NCBI GenBank assembly: GCA_009784275.1
Contig: WRCA01000001.1
Span: 129,783-193,782 of the forward strand
Reading direction: 5' to 3'
DNA length: 64,000 nucleotides
From: Alphaproteobacteria bacterium
GTDB taxonomy: Bacteria; Pseudomonadota; Alphaproteobacteria; Rs-D84
Positions 8,572-18,203 of the stretch are shown in pieces. The position numbers and the translations under genes were made by a program. The notes under the pieces are model-generated. The model ran no database searches. It saw only the letters and a program-made list of their open reading frames with translations, and was not told where the DNA came from. Position 1 is the stretch's first letter. Each line of letters starts with the position of its first letter.

Positions 8572-10812
8572 TCACCGCCCAAATTTTCCGCTGCGGGGAA
8601 AGCCCACCGGAACTGTATGTCCCTGTGTGGCGCGTTTTCCGATCCATGGCGCCCAATCTTCCAACACCGTGCGGCCGCGGCCGGTTACCCAGCCAAAACC
8701 TTCACCCTTTGTAAAGAACATTGCGTCCATGACATAAGTTCTTTCAGCATTATACTTTTGCAAGATTACGCCTTTGCCGCGTGCCATCTCTGGAATTTCA
8801 TTTGCAGGGAAAATCAAAAGCTTATCGTTGCTGCCAACCATTGCGATGAATAATTCTTCCGCCATCGCTGGGCAATCGATGCACAGCGACGCCGGATTTT
8901 TTGCATCCGTGTTCATTACCTGTTTTCCGTTCTTGGTCTGCGCGAGGCAATTTTCGCCGGCCACAATAAAGCCAGTTCCACGACGCGCCACCAATAAATA
9001 TTTCGCGCTCATATCCAACACGAATACATTAACGATTGTTTCATTCGCCGCAATATCCGCCATCATTCGCACGCTTTCACCAAAGCCACGCGCACCCGGC
9101 AAGCCATTCGCCGCAATCGTGAACATCTTTCCTCCTGACGTAAACAGATTGATTTTATCCGTGCTCTGCGCATGAAACGCAAATGCAAGATCATCGCCTT
9201 CTTTGAATTTCATATCCAATGCGCCCATATCCAGATGGCCCTTGGCCGCACGAATCCAACCCATCTGCGATAAGATAATCGTCAATGGTTCTTTTTCAAT
9301 AAAGTCATCCGGATTAACCGCGACTTCTTCGCCGGCCGCCGCCCAGATTGTGCGTCGCCGCCCCAGTGCAGTTTTTTTATCGTACTGTTTTTTAATATCT
9401 GCGAACCAAGCCTTTAACTGCTCATTTTGCAATTCATCAGATGCCAGCAATTCTTTCAATTGTTTTTGTTCCGCACGCAACGCTTTATCTTCCTTGCGGA
9501 TTTCCATTTCTTCCAATTTACGGAGGCTGCGCAGTCTTGTATTTAAAATCGCTTCGACTTGAATTTCAGTCAGCGAAAATTCTTCCATTAACACCGCTTT
9601 CGCATCATCTTCAGTTCTGATAATTTCAATTACTCTATCCAGATTCAGATATACAACCAGCAATCCACCCAGGATCTCCAACCGACGCGCGATATTATCC
9701 AGACGCCAATTAGTTCGCCGCCGCAGAACAGTTTTCTGATGCGCCAAGAATTCTAATAATACATCACCAATTTTCATAACCCTGGGTGCGCCAGAAGAAT
9801 CAATAACATTGAAATTCATATTGAATCGCGATTCTAAATTCGTCGTTGCAAACAAGTGCGCCATTACCATATCAGCAACCGCATTACGATTTTTCGGCGT
9901 AATCACAATACGAATATCCGTTGTGGATTCATCAACAATATCATCGACCAATGGCAATTTCTTTGCATCGATAAGCGTTGCGATTTGCTCCACCAATTTC
10001 TGCTTTTCAAGACCATAAGGAATTTCTGTTATAACAATCTGATACTGCCCGCGGCCAAGTTCTTCGGTTTCCCATTTCGCACGGATTCTAAAGGCACCCC
10101 TGCCCGTTTCATAATTCTTTACAATCGTTTCAAAATCATCAATCAGAATTCCACCGGTTGGCATATCGGGCCCGATCATTTTCTTCATAATCTGCGCGGT
10201 TGTGCTTTCCGGCTTATCAATCATTAAATTCAATGCATCGCAAATTTCTGCAACATTATGAGTCGGAATATTCGTTGCCATACCAACGGCAATTCCAATA
10301 GAACCATTCGCCAACAAGTTCGGAAATGCGCCCGGCATCACGGTCGGTTCCATCGTCGTCCCATCAAAGTTCGGCATCATGTCGACTGAATTTTCATCAA
10401 GGCCTTCCATAATTAACATCGCGGCATTGGTCATTTTTGATTCAGTATAACGATATGCTGCCTGGGGGTCACCGTCAATATTTCCAAAATTTCCTTGGCC
10501 ATCAATCAACGGATAACGTACGGAAAAGTCTTGCGCAAGACGCACCATCGCATCATAGACGGATGTATCGCCATGCGGATGATAATGACCCAGCACATCA
10601 CCGACCACTGTCGCACATTTGCGAAAAGCCGCTGCTGGGGATAACCTTTGTCGCAACATGGAATAGAGTATTCGACGGTGCACGGGCTTTAACCCGTCAC
10701 GCACATCAGGCAAAGCACGCGCAACAATCGTGCTGACCGCATACGATAAATAACGCTCGCCCAAGGCATCCGCCAGCTGTTGCTTTTCAATATTCTCTAT
10801 TAGTTCTTTCAT
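8572..10812 (-). CDS. parC: type IIA topoisomerase subunit A, most likely DNA topoisomerase IV subunit A (746 aa)
   Basis: ALPDVRDGLKPVHRRILYSM active-site region. The length fits ParC rather than GyrA (about 850-900 aa). gyrA cannot be excluded. Confidence 0.65.
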   Translation of the reverse strand: MKELIENIEKQQLADALGERYLSYAVSTIVARALPDVRDGLKPVHRRILYSMLRQRLSPAAAFRKCATVVGDVLGHYHPHGDTSVYDAMVRLAQDFSVRYPLIDGQGNFGNIDGDPQAAYRYTESKMTNAAMLIMEGLDENSVDMMPNFDGTTMEPTVMPGAFPNLLANGSIGIAVGMATNIPTHNVAEICDALNLMIDKPESTTAQIMKKMIGPDMPTGGILIDDFETIVKNYETGRGAFRIRAKWETEELGRGQYQIVITEIPYGLEKQKLVEQIATLIDAKKLPLVDDIVDESTTDIRIVITPKNRNAVADMVMAHLFATTNLESRFNMNFNVIDSSGAPRVMKIGDVLLEFLAHQKTVLRRRTNWRLDNIARRLEILGGLLVVYLNLDRVIEIIRTEDDAKAVLMEEFSLTEIQVEAILNTRLRSLRKLEEMEIRKEDKALRAEQKQLKELLASDELQNEQLKAWFADIKKQYDKKTALGRRRTIWAAAGEEVAVNPDDFIEKEPLTIILSQMGWIRAAKGHLDMGALDMKFKEGDDLAFAFHAQSTDKINLFTSGGKMFTIAANGLPGARGFGESVRMMADIAANETIVNVFVLDMSAKYLLVARRGTGFIVAGENCLAQTKNGKQVMNTDAKNPASLCIDCPAMAEELFIAMVGSNDKLLIFPANEIPEMARGKGVILQKYNAERTYVMDAMFFTKGEGFGWVTGRGRTVLEDWAPWIGKRATQGHTVPVGFPRSGKFGR

Positions 10813-10818
10813 TTGAAG

Positions 10819-12609
10819 TTACTTCGTTTTTTTGAATTGAATATCGCGTAATTTTTTATATTCGCCGCCGAGCGCCACCAGTTGCGTATCCGTTCCGTGC
10901 TCTATTATTTTCCCGCCCATCACTACACAGATTTGATCGGCGTCAAGAATAGTGCTCAATCTATGCGCAATTACAAAAGTCGTGCGCCCCCTCATCAATT
11001 CTTTCAATGCTGCCTGTATCAGCTTTTCACTGTGAGTATCCAGCGCACTGGTTGCTTCATCCAGCAGCAATATCGGCGCGTCTTTCAATACCGCGCGCGC
11101 GATTGCAATTCTCTGTTTCTGTCCGCCGGACAATAATGCACCACGTTCCCCAACCTGGGTATTATATTTCTGCGGCAGTTTCATTATAAAATCATGGGCA
11201 TTCGCCGCCTGCGCTGCAGCTTCTATCTGTGCCTTGGTCGCATTTGGATTTGCGTACTTGATATTATCCGCGATTGTACCATTAAATAAGAACACATCTT
11301 GCGAAACCTCTGCTATATTTTTTCTTAACGATTCCAAGGTATAGCTTTTCAGCGATTTTCCATTGATCAAGACTTTACCTTTTTGCGGGTCATAAAATCT
11401 TTCCAGTAGATTGAATATGGTCGTTTTGCCACCGCCCGATGGACCTACAAAAGCACATACTGTCCCAGGCTTTACATGCAGCGACACGCCATGCAAGACT
11501 TCCCCATCCGCGGTATTATATGCAAAATGAACATTTTCCAATTTGACATCCATCTTGCCGCGCTTCAGTTCCGTCGCATTTTTCGCATTTTTAATTTCCG
11601 GCTGGGCATCCAGGAAATCGAACAGCTGTTCCGCGCCAATCAAACCGCTTTGAATACCGCCATTAATGCTGCTGATTTTCTTTGCCGGCTGATACGCCGC
11701 GGTCAGCGCCAGGATAAACGCCGTAAAGTCACCGACCGAAATTGTGCCATTCGCAATAAAGTGACCGCCGAAAATCAAAGATATAAACAGTCCCACAGAA
11801 ATCACTACTTCCAGCAGCGGTGACTGTATTCCGTTCAATTGTACGGTTTTATACCCATTACGGATTGCGGCATTTTCAATCGTGTTAAATTTCTCGCCTT
11901 CGGTATTTTCCGTACCAAAAGACTGTATCGTTTTAATCCCCTGTATGGTTTGATTCACATGGCTGGTGGAATCATTAGAAATCCCAAAGGACTGCCTTGT
12001 CAGCTTCCTCCGCTTCCGGGTAATAATTATCAATGGTATGAAAATCGCAGGTATCAGGAACAGCAGCAAGGCCACCATTTGCGGCGCGTAATAAATCATC
12101 AGCCCCAACATCATTAATATAGTCGCACCGTTATGCACTGCGTTTATAACCGTATCTGTAACCAAGGTCAGTACCGCCCCCGCTTGGACACTGTAATAAT
12201 TCATCAGCTTGCCCGTGCGGGAAGTATGAAACTGCCCGATATGCATGCGAACCATATGTCGGTAAATCCGACGACGCAGGCCGGTCGCAGCCAGCAAGCC
12301 TGCCTTGGCCATCGACAAGGTTTTCGAATAAGTAAAAATAGCCTTAAACCCGAATGCAGCGACAATCTGCAGACCTATGAAAAATAAGGTATCTACGCTT
12401 TTTTCAATAAACGCCTGGTCTATGATTTTCTTTACCAGGGTAATCGAAAAAGCCTCTGCCCCCGCAGCAATAATGGTAAACAGAACGCCCGCCGCCAGCC
12501 ATTTCCACTGGGGCTGGCCGATTTCGCGCCATACGCGCCCATAAAGATTCCATTTAATCTGGGCATCTTTATCATCGTTTTTTATAAAAGATTTGATTTT
12601 TTTCAGCAT
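10819..12609 (-). CDS. ABC transporter fused permease/ATP-binding protein, MsbA-like lipid exporter family
   Basis: GPSGGGKTT Walker A, LSGGQKQRIAIARA, LLLDEATSALD, N-terminal 6 TM. Confidence 0.8.
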   Translation of the reverse strand: MLKKIKSFIKNDDKDAQIKWNLYGRVWREIGQPQWKWLAAGVLFTIIAAGAEAFSITLVKKIIDQAFIEKSVDTLFFIGLQIVAAFGFKAIFTYSKTLSMAKAGLLAATGLRRRIYRHMVRMHIGQFHTSRTGKLMNYYSVQAGAVLTLVTDTVINAVHNGATILMMLGLMIYYAPQMVALLLFLIPAIFIPLIIITRKRRKLTRQSFGISNDSTSHVNQTIQGIKTIQSFGTENTEGEKFNTIENAAIRNGYKTVQLNGIQSPLLEVVISVGLFISLIFGGHFIANGTISVGDFTAFILALTAAYQPAKKISSINGGIQSGLIGAEQLFDFLDAQPEIKNAKNATELKRGKMDVKLENVHFAYNTADGEVLHGVSLHVKPGTVCAFVGPSGGGKTTIFNLLERFYDPQKGKVLINGKSLKSYTLESLRKNIAEVSQDVFLFNGTIADNIKYANPNATKAQIEAAAQAANAHDFIMKLPQKYNTQVGERGALLSGGQKQRIAIARAVLKDAPILLLDEATSALDTHSEKLIQAALKELMRGRTTFVIAHRLSTILDADQICVVMGGKIIEHGTDTQLVALGGEYKKLRDIQFKKTK

Positions 12610-12655
12610 GGGCGGAGTTTAGCCGAAAAAAAAATGCAAATCAAGTGCTTTGCAT

Positions 12656-12684
12656 TTGACTTTTGCCGTCTGGGGCTGTAAACT
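12656..12684 (+). promoter_or_regulatory. sigma70-like promoter for the tRNA-Ala/rpsU unit: TTGACT - 17 nt - TAAACT
   Basis: -35 at 12656-12661 and -10 at 12679-12684. The mature tRNA starts 12 nt downstream. Confidence 0.5.
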
Positions 12685-12695
12685 GGCGGAGCTTT

Positions 12696-12771
12696 GGGGC
12701 TGTAGCTCAGTTGGTAGAGCACCTGCTTTGCAAGCAGGGGGTCGTCGGTTCGAGTCCGATCAGCTCCACCA
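12696..12771 (+). tRNA. tRNA-Ala (anticodon UGC)
   Basis: GGGGCTGTAGCTCAGTTGGTAGAGC...CTTTGCAAG anticodon loop, G3:U70 pair, TTCGAGTCC T-loop, encoded CCA. Confidence 0.9.
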
Positions 12772-12796
12772 AAAATTTGTAAAGGGGGTGATTTTT

Positions 12797-13003
12797 ATGG
12801 TCAAAGTTTTGGTTCGCGACAATAATGTGGAACAGGCTCTGCGCGTGTCAAAGCGCAAGTCCCAGAAAGAAGGATTGTATCGCGAAATGAAAGAACGTCA
12901 GCGTTATGAAAAGCCGACGACAAAGCGCAAGCGCTTGAAAGAAGAAGCCGTACGTAATGAAAAAAAACGCCAATCCAAACAACGAATGGTGTTCGGATTC
13001 TAA
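12797..13003 (+). CDS. rpsU: 30S ribosomal protein S21
   Basis: [21 protein letters not shown]...RQRYEKPT. The AAAGGGGG ribosome binding site is 7 nt upstream. The upstream part of the ORF overlaps the tRNA and is discarded. Confidence 0.85.
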   Translation: MVKVLVRDNNVEQALRVSKRKSQKEGLYREMKERQRYEKPTTKRKRLKEEAVRNEKKRQSKQRMVFGF

Positions 13004-13029
13004 AAAAACCGCCTAAAGGCGGTTTTTTT
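13003..13029. terminator. bidirectional rho-independent terminator AAAAAACCGCCTAAAGGCGGTTTTTTT
   Basis: GC stem, 4 nt loop, flanking A and T tracts. Sits between convergent rpsU and the M23 peptidase gene. Confidence 0.65.
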
Positions 13030-14320
13030 ACATCGGAATTGATAATCTTGGATTTTTTTCCAGCGCAATCATCGCTTCATCAATTTTCTCGCGCACCTTC
13101 AAGAAGCTTTCTTTCTGCAACGCAGTCAAGTCATCTATACGCGGGAATGTCACAGTCATCGGATTCACGTGTACCCCGTTCTTTATAATTTCATAATGCA
13201 AGTGCGGCCCCGTCGATAACCCCGTGCTGCCCACATATCCGATAATTTGCCCCTGGGCCACCGTTGTGCCTACATTTACGCCCGCTTGAAATTTCGACAT
13301 GTGCGCATAAACCGTTTCGAATCCATTCGCATGTCGAATTCTTACGAAATTACCATATCCTTTATCAAAGGCGCGCTTTACGACCCGACCCGATCCTGCA
13401 GCCGGAATTTTGGTTCCCGATGCCGCACGGAAGTCTACACCCTTGTGCGCGCGGGTAAAGCCCAGCACCGGATGCTTTCTGTTTGGATTAAATTTGCTGG
13501 ATATACTGGCGCCGTCAATCGGGGTTCTTTTTAATGATTTAATTGCACCCTTGCCTTCTTCATCATAATACCCGAACTTTCCATCTGTTTTCTCATACCG
13601 ATACATTTTCAGTTTTCCACGACGATCAAGATGAGTATCGAAAGAAATCGCAATTACTCGTCCGCCATCTATGACTTTGCCATCTATCATGTTTTCTTCA
13701 TACAGCACTGCGAATTCTTGCCCTGGCTGAATATCACGTTCAAAGTCAATTTCAAACGCCAAGTAATTAATAATGTCATAGACTGTGCCAATCGGAATAT
13801 TAGATTCTATTGCCGTTTGGCTGAAAGTTCCGCCCGATGATATTTTTCCAGCGCGGCGAACTATGCGGGTATCTTTTTCAATGCTAACGATTTCCGCACC
13901 CCATTGTCCATCGGTGCAAGTCAGTTCTATCCGTTTCCATGCTCCGCTTGATAAAGTTATTTTTTCCACCGGCGCATCATTAGTTTTCTGTTGCAAAACC
14001 AACACATCCGAATTCGCGCGCAAGCCTGAAACCCCACAATCTTTCTTCAATAGCGCCGCGATAGTATTTATATCATTGCCAGATATATTATGGTCCGACA
14101 AAATCTTGGATAGAGTATCGCCCGCTTCTACTTGGATATGAGTTTCCACCGGCGGGCTGGAAATAATGCGACGGCCAGGCTTTGTTGCAAATAGAGCGGC
14201 CGCAACAACTATCAATATTCCTACCAAAATAATAGCTATGCGCGTCAGATTACGAGCTTTAAATATATTTTTTGCTTTTGCCATGGGGTGGATTATACTG
14301 TTTTTATGGATATGAATCAA
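13028..14320 (-). CDS. M23 family peptidoglycan metalloendopeptidase with LysM-like domain
   Basis: HKGVDF...GTKIPAAGSGRV...YGNFVRIRH...STGPHLHYEI (HxxxD and HxH motifs). N-terminal TM. LysM-like VEAGDTLSKIL. Confidence 0.8.
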   Translation of the reverse strand: MIHIHKNSIIHPMAKAKNIFKARNLTRIAIILVGILIVVAAALFATKPGRRIISSPPVETHIQVEAGDTLSKILSDHNISGNDINTIAALLKKDCGVSGLRANSDVLVLQQKTNDAPVEKITLSSGAWKRIELTCTDGQWGAEIVSIEKDTRIVRRAGKISSGGTFSQTAIESNIPIGTVYDIINYLAFEIDFERDIQPGQEFAVLYEENMIDGKVIDGGRVIAISFDTHLDRRGKLKMYRYEKTDGKFGYYDEEGKGAIKSLKRTPIDGASISSKFNPNRKHPVLGFTRAHKGVDFRAASGTKIPAAGSGRVVKRAFDKGYGNFVRIRHANGFETVYAHMSKFQAGVNVGTTVAQGQIIGYVGSTGLSTGPHLHYEIIKNGVHVNPMTVTFPRIDDLTALQKESFLKVREKIDEAMIALEKNPRLSIPM

Positions 14321-15070
14321 GCATTTGAGATATTAAGAAAAGCTGGTGGCGCACAAGCGGCACGGATTATCCTGCAAAATAAGAAAAAAATCAGCAGATT
14401 AAGGGTCTTTTTAATGGCGCGACAACTGCGACGCAGCATGCCGGTTGCAAAGATCATTGGCGAGAAATGGTTTTATGGATTAAAATTTCACACGACACGG
14501 CACACACTGGACCCGCGACCGGACAGCGAGACGCTGGTAGAGGCGGTGCTGAAGAATAAAAAGCAAAAAATAATTTTAGATATGGGTACCGGGACAGGTT
14601 GTTTAATTTGTTCCATTGTAAAAAACATGCCAGGGACGACAGGAGTTGGGATTGATAAATCATTTGCTGCTTGTCGCATTGCACGCAAGAATGTGAAAGA
14701 TTTGGGATTACAAGATAAAATTAAAATTATCAGAAGTGATTTTACCAATCATAAATCATCAATTTCCGGCTTCGACATCATTATTTCCAATCCGCCATAT
14801 ATTGCAACCAGTGATAATCGTGTGGATGCCGGCGCTTTGCATGATCCAAAGATTGCTTTGTTTGCCGGGGCGGATGGATTGGATGCTTATCGCGCAATTG
14901 CAAAGAATGCAAAAAATTGGCTGCGTGCTGGCGGCAAGATTTTCCTCGAAATCGGTGCGGGACAAGGCAACGCTGTGCGTAAGATTTTCACCGGAGCTGG
15001 CTGGCGTTTTGTCGCTTCTTATAAAGATTTGGGCAGCATTGAACGAGTTTTGGAATTTAGTCTTGTATAG
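14288..15070 (+). CDS. prmC: release factor glutamine N5-methyltransferase PrmC/HemK
   Basis: DMGTGTGC SAM motif and IISNPPYI catalytic NPPY. Confidence 0.8.
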   Translation: MDYTVFMDMNQAFEILRKAGGAQAARIILQNKKKISRLRVFLMARQLRRSMPVAKIIGEKWFYGLKFHTTRHTLDPRPDSETLVEAVLKNKKQKIILDMGTGTGCLICSIVKNMPGTTGVGIDKSFAACRIARKNVKDLGLQDKIKIIRSDFTNHKSSISGFDIIISNPPYIATSDNRVDAGALHDPKIALFAGADGLDAYRAIAKNAKNWLRAGGKIFLEIGAGQGNAVRKIFTGAGWRFVASYKDLGSIERVLEFSLV

Positions 15071-15082
15071 ACCTAAAAATTA

Positions 15083-15868
15083 TTGCCTTTTGATTTTTCT
15101 ATTATTAAAGTGTTTGCAACAAAGAGGCATGTCATGGCTGTATTCACACAGAATTTCAAAAAAACTATTCCTTGGGTGATTTTGTTTTTCATTCTAATCG
15201 GGGTAATTGCGTTTCAATGGTTTGCTTCGACAACCGCGATACGCAACCGTTCCGTTGCCGTGGTCGGCGAATGTATCGGGCGCACAGTAAAGGATACAAC
15301 TGCGATAACCCTGCGTATTCAGACGATGGGGGCAACAGGTGCGGAATCTATGGCGATGGCACGAAGCGCTTATAACATAACAGCCGCAATGCTGAATCAA
15401 TTCGACGGGTTGGAAATTCAAACCAATCGCTGGGAATCTTTTGAAAGGACAGAATGGGAAGGCAACAGCCAGAGGACAATCGGGATTCAGACCACAATCG
15501 GAATTGATGTATCCAGCAAAAATACCAATGACATCGAAGAAGTTCTGGCAAAAGCCGAAAAGATTGAAAACGTTTTTCCAGAGAACTTGCGGATGTTCGC
15601 TTCTAATGAAAAGCTGAAACCTGCATTAGAGGCCTGCATAAACGATGCAGTTCAGAATGCTCGGGCAAAAGCAGAGACTATTGCGGAAAGCGAAGGTGCG
15701 CGCGTTGGCGAAATGATTTCTGCTGAATATGGAAGAACTGCGGATGAAGCAATGCCACGTCCGATGTTGATGAGGGTAATGGCTGCGGACAGCGTGGCTG
15801 GCGCTGGATTCTTTGCAACTGATGCTGAATTTTCTGTAACGGTTCGCGCTGTATTTCAGATCAAATAA
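15083..15868 (+). CDS. periplasmic SIMPL/DUF541-like protein
   Basis: TM or signal peptide then a domain whose composition resembles the SIMPL family. Weak call. Confidence 0.4.
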   Translation: MPFDFSIIKVFATKRHVMAVFTQNFKKTIPWVILFFILIGVIAFQWFASTTAIRNRSVAVVGECIGRTVKDTTAITLRIQTMGATGAESMAMARSAYNITAAMLNQFDGLEIQTNRWESFERTEWEGNSQRTIGIQTTIGIDVSSKNTNDIEEVLAKAEKIENVFPENLRMFASNEKLKPALEACINDAVQNARAKAETIAESEGARVGEMISAEYGRTADEAMPRPMLMRVMAADSVAGAGFFATDAEFSVTVRAVFQIK

Positions 15869-15875
15869 GTTCGCC

Positions 15876-15890
15876 GGGCATATGGCGAAT
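15876..15890 (+). repeat. fragment matching the 5' acceptor/D-stem start of tRNA-Leu(UAG) (GGGCATATGGCG)
   Basis: Compared by eye with 16002-16016. Confidence 0.6.
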
Positions 15891-15960
15891 CCGAGTATAT
15901 GAAATCGAGCAAAGCGAAGATTGAATAACTACGAAGATACGCGCAGACGCGAAGCGGCAA

Positions 15961-15990
15961 GCGAAATTGGCAGACGCGCGGCGCGGATTG
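15961..15990 (+). repeat. fragment matching the D-arm region of tRNA-Leu(UAG) (GCGAAATTGGCAGACGCGC)
   Basis: 18 of 19 identity to 16010-16028, then divergence. Confidence 0.6.
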
Positions 15991-16001
15991 CATCTTTTTA
16001 C

Positions 16002-16086
<85 letters not shown>

Positions 16087-16201
16087 CGAATTTAGTGTAT
16101 GTGAACCTTGTAACCTCACAATGCGCGTCAACCGCTCGCGGCTTACACCGCCGCTCTCGGGACGCTTATACGCTCGGTTTCAAGTCCCTCTATGCCCACC
16201 A
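16087..16201 (+). repeat. tRNA-Leu tail module: about 90 nt conserved spacer ending in an imperfect 26 nt copy of the tRNA 3' end (GGTTTCAAGTCCCTCTATGCCCACCA)
   Basis: The 3' 26 nt have one mismatch against 16061-16086. The spacer is homologous to 47145-47232. Confidence 0.75.
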
Positions 16202-16253
16202 TTTATGACAAATTTATATTTTACATACTCCCTATTATTTTTTGACAAAATAC

Positions 16254-16281
16254 TTGACAAATTAATATATTACTCTATAAT
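16254..16281 (+). promoter_or_regulatory. near-consensus sigma70 promoter TTGACA - 16 nt - TATAAT, only 6 nt before the ATG at 16288 (possible leaderless transcript)
   Basis: -35 at 16254-16259, -10 at 16276-16281. A second TTGACA lies at 16242-16247. Confidence 0.5.
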
Positions 16282-16287
16282 ATTGGT

Positions 16288-16635
16288 ATGAAAATAAAGC
16301 AAAATTATTCAATATCAAACCATTCGCCATATAGTTGTGGGCCGGGAAAGACAGCTTTTAAATGGATAAAAGCCGTGGTTATTGTCGGCGGGTTGACGCT
16401 TGCGGGACTGGGTATAAATAAATTCGTAGAAGGATATATAGAAAATCGTGACGGCACAGGCATGACCCATGGAAAAGCGACCACGATTCTTATCTCCGAA
16501 GGTAAGCCCGAGCATCTGATGTATTCAGACCCAAGGTTTTTCGGGCCAACTGATAAAATGTTTTTCGGCGGTGGTATGACGATCGCTGGAGTGCTCATAA
16601 CTTTGATTGGAATTATAGTTCAAAGAAAAAGGTAA
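16288..16635 (+). CDS. small membrane protein (two TM helices), hypothetical
   Basis: 115 aa ORF with hydrophobic AVVIVGGLTLAGLGI and MTIAGVLITLIGIIV. Confidence 0.35.
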   Translation: MKIKQNYSISNHSPYSCGPGKTAFKWIKAVVIVGGLTLAGLGINKFVEGYIENRDGTGMTHGKATTILISEGKPEHLMYSDPRFFGPTDKMFFGGGMTIAGVLITLIGIIVQRKR

Positions 16636-17184
16636 TTGAAAATGAAAGACGGCTTGAAACAATTTTTCATGGGGACACTGGGCGGACGAGTACTGCGCGA
16701 TCAAGCTATTGTGTTTTCCTTATTGTTTATACTGGGCAGCGGATGGTATTTGCTGTATGAGAACGATAATAACGGTTGGCGAGATAGAGATTTGAAGAAA
16801 TTACCCAAAAGGTCCGAAGTATTAAAGCAAACCGAACAGCCGCCGGAAACTTTGCCTCCTTATATTGCAAGTCCATATTGGCGTTCGCTAAAGGAAGCAT
16901 ACACATTCAAAAATGCTGATATAGAATTGTTTGACTACAAAGACAAAAAAATTCTTAAAAAGAATCCCGAATTTGTGACGGCTGTCCATACTTGCGTACC
17001 TAGTGCTGGGCGGATATATGAAGAAGAGGAGAAAAGTTTTCATCTTCCCTTTATAATCATGAAGGGTTTCGCTACTTATGGTGCGCATATTTACACATTG
17101 TTGCTCAGCCTGGGGCTGTTTGATGAAAGAAAAAGAAAAGCTTTTCTAAATAATATCAATTCGGCGTTTAGAGCTTTGCGGTAG
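16636..17184 (+). CDS. hypothetical protein with N-terminal TM, coupled to the previous gene (stop and start adjacent)
   Basis: 182 aa ORF, no recognisable motif. Confidence 0.35.
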   Translation: MKMKDGLKQFFMGTLGGRVLRDQAIVFSLLFILGSGWYLLYENDNNGWRDRDLKKLPKRSEVLKQTEQPPETLPPYIASPYWRSLKEAYTFKNADIELFDYKDKKILKKNPEFVTAVHTCVPSAGRIYEEEEKSFHLPFIIMKGFATYGAHIYTLLLSLGLFDERKRKAFLNNINSAFRALR

Positions 17185-17267
17185 ATTTCCCATCATTTAA
17201 CTTTTTTTGTAACCTTTTTGTTCTTGCTTACGTATATATGGGTGAGCAACCAAAAAGGAAAGCAAAA

Positions 17268-17591
17268 ATGAAGAAACTTCTCTCTATCTCTCTGACTACC
17301 ATTATTATCGCTGCGGGGGCGACCGCCGCCGATGCTGCGGTGTACACTAACAAGACTGCACCGCATAACAAGCCTGGCGCCGTTGTTCAACGTGGCCCCT
17401 CGTTCGCCCGTCCTGCGCATAACCCACGCGCAAAGACTGTTGTTGTTCAGGCCGCCCCTTGCCAGCAACATCACAACTATAAATACAATTCTGGCTGTGG
17501 TTGTAACCATAATCATGGCGTCAACGATACGGTGGCATTGGTGACTTTGGGGCTGGTCGGCGCTGGGGTAATTTACGCCCTGGCGAAATAA
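17268..17591 (+). CDS. small His/Cys-rich exported protein with C-terminal TM anchor (possible metal-binding)
   Basis: MKKLLSISLTTIIIAAGATAADA signal peptide. CQQHHNYKYNSGCGCNHNHG cluster. C-terminal LVTLGLVGAGVIYAL. AAAAGGAAAG ribosome binding site. Confidence 0.4.
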   Translation: MKKLLSISLTTIIIAAGATAADAAVYTNKTAPHNKPGAVVQRGPSFARPAHNPRAKTVVVQAAPCQQHHNYKYNSGCGCNHNHGVNDTVALVTLGLVGAGVIYALAK

Positions 17592-17651
17592 TCATGGCGC
17601 GGTTACGGCCGCGCTTGATTTAATCATTCACTGATTTATAATAGAGCCAAC

Positions 17652-18203
17652 ATGGAATCATTCGACGATATATCATTGATGCAGGAAATTCAGAACGGAA
17701 ATCGCGGCGCGTTTTCTATTCTGGTAAATCGTCATTCGCAATATTTCTTCGCGATTGCTTATCGTTTTGCGAACAATCGCGATACGGCCGAAGATATTTT
17801 GCAAAACGCTTTTTTGAAATTATGGGAACGACCGTATAAGTTCGACCCAGACGGCGCGGCCGGATTCAAGACTTGGTTTGCAAAGGTTGTTATAAATTTA
17901 TGCCTTGATGACCGGCGGGCACGAAAGCCTATTGTTGTTCTGGACGATTCAGAAATTCCAGATGATCGTGATTCGGCGGCAGACATAATAGACAGGCAGA
18001 GAAAATATATCGCGTTGAACAATGCTATCAAGAAACTGCCCGCCGCCCAACAGACCGCGATTAATCTTGGCTGCATAGAAGACCTTAAATACGAAGATGT
18101 TGGAAAGATTATGAAAAAATCGACCAGCGCGGTGAAAGTATTAATCATGCGCGCAAAAGAACAATTAAAAATCTCAATGAAGGAGTACGGATATGCAGCT
18201 TGA
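17652..18203 (+). CDS. ECF (sigma-70 family group 4) RNA polymerase sigma factor
   Basis: Region 2 (AEDILQNAFLKLW) and region 4 HTH (LKYEDVGKIMKKSTSAVKVLIMRAK). Confidence 0.8.
   Translation: MESFDDISLMQEIQNGNRGAFSILVNRHSQYFFAIAYRFANNRDTAEDILQNAFLKLWERPYKFDPDGAAGFKTWFAKVVINLCLDDRRARKPIVVLDDSEIPDDRDSAADIIDRQRKYIALNNAIKKLPAAQQTAINLGCIEDLKYEDVGKIMKKSTSAVKVLIMRAKEQLKISMKEYGYAA

Noticed and set aside
8572-10812. Calling the type II topoisomerase A subunit gyrA
   Set aside because: The N-terminal motif resembles GyrA, but the 746 aa length and short C-terminal region fit ParC better. Kept as parC with moderate confidence.
12672-12704. Duplicate GGGGCTGTA 24 nt upstream of tRNA-Ala as a second tRNA fragment
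   Set aside because: Only 9 nt. It overlaps the predicted promoter spacer and is more likely chance or promoter sequence than an integration scar.
12650-12796. N-terminal extension of the rpsU ORF across tRNA-Ala
   Set aside because: The extension is the tRNA-Ala gene read as protein. The true S21 start is the ATG at 12797, which has an AAAGGGGG ribosome binding site.
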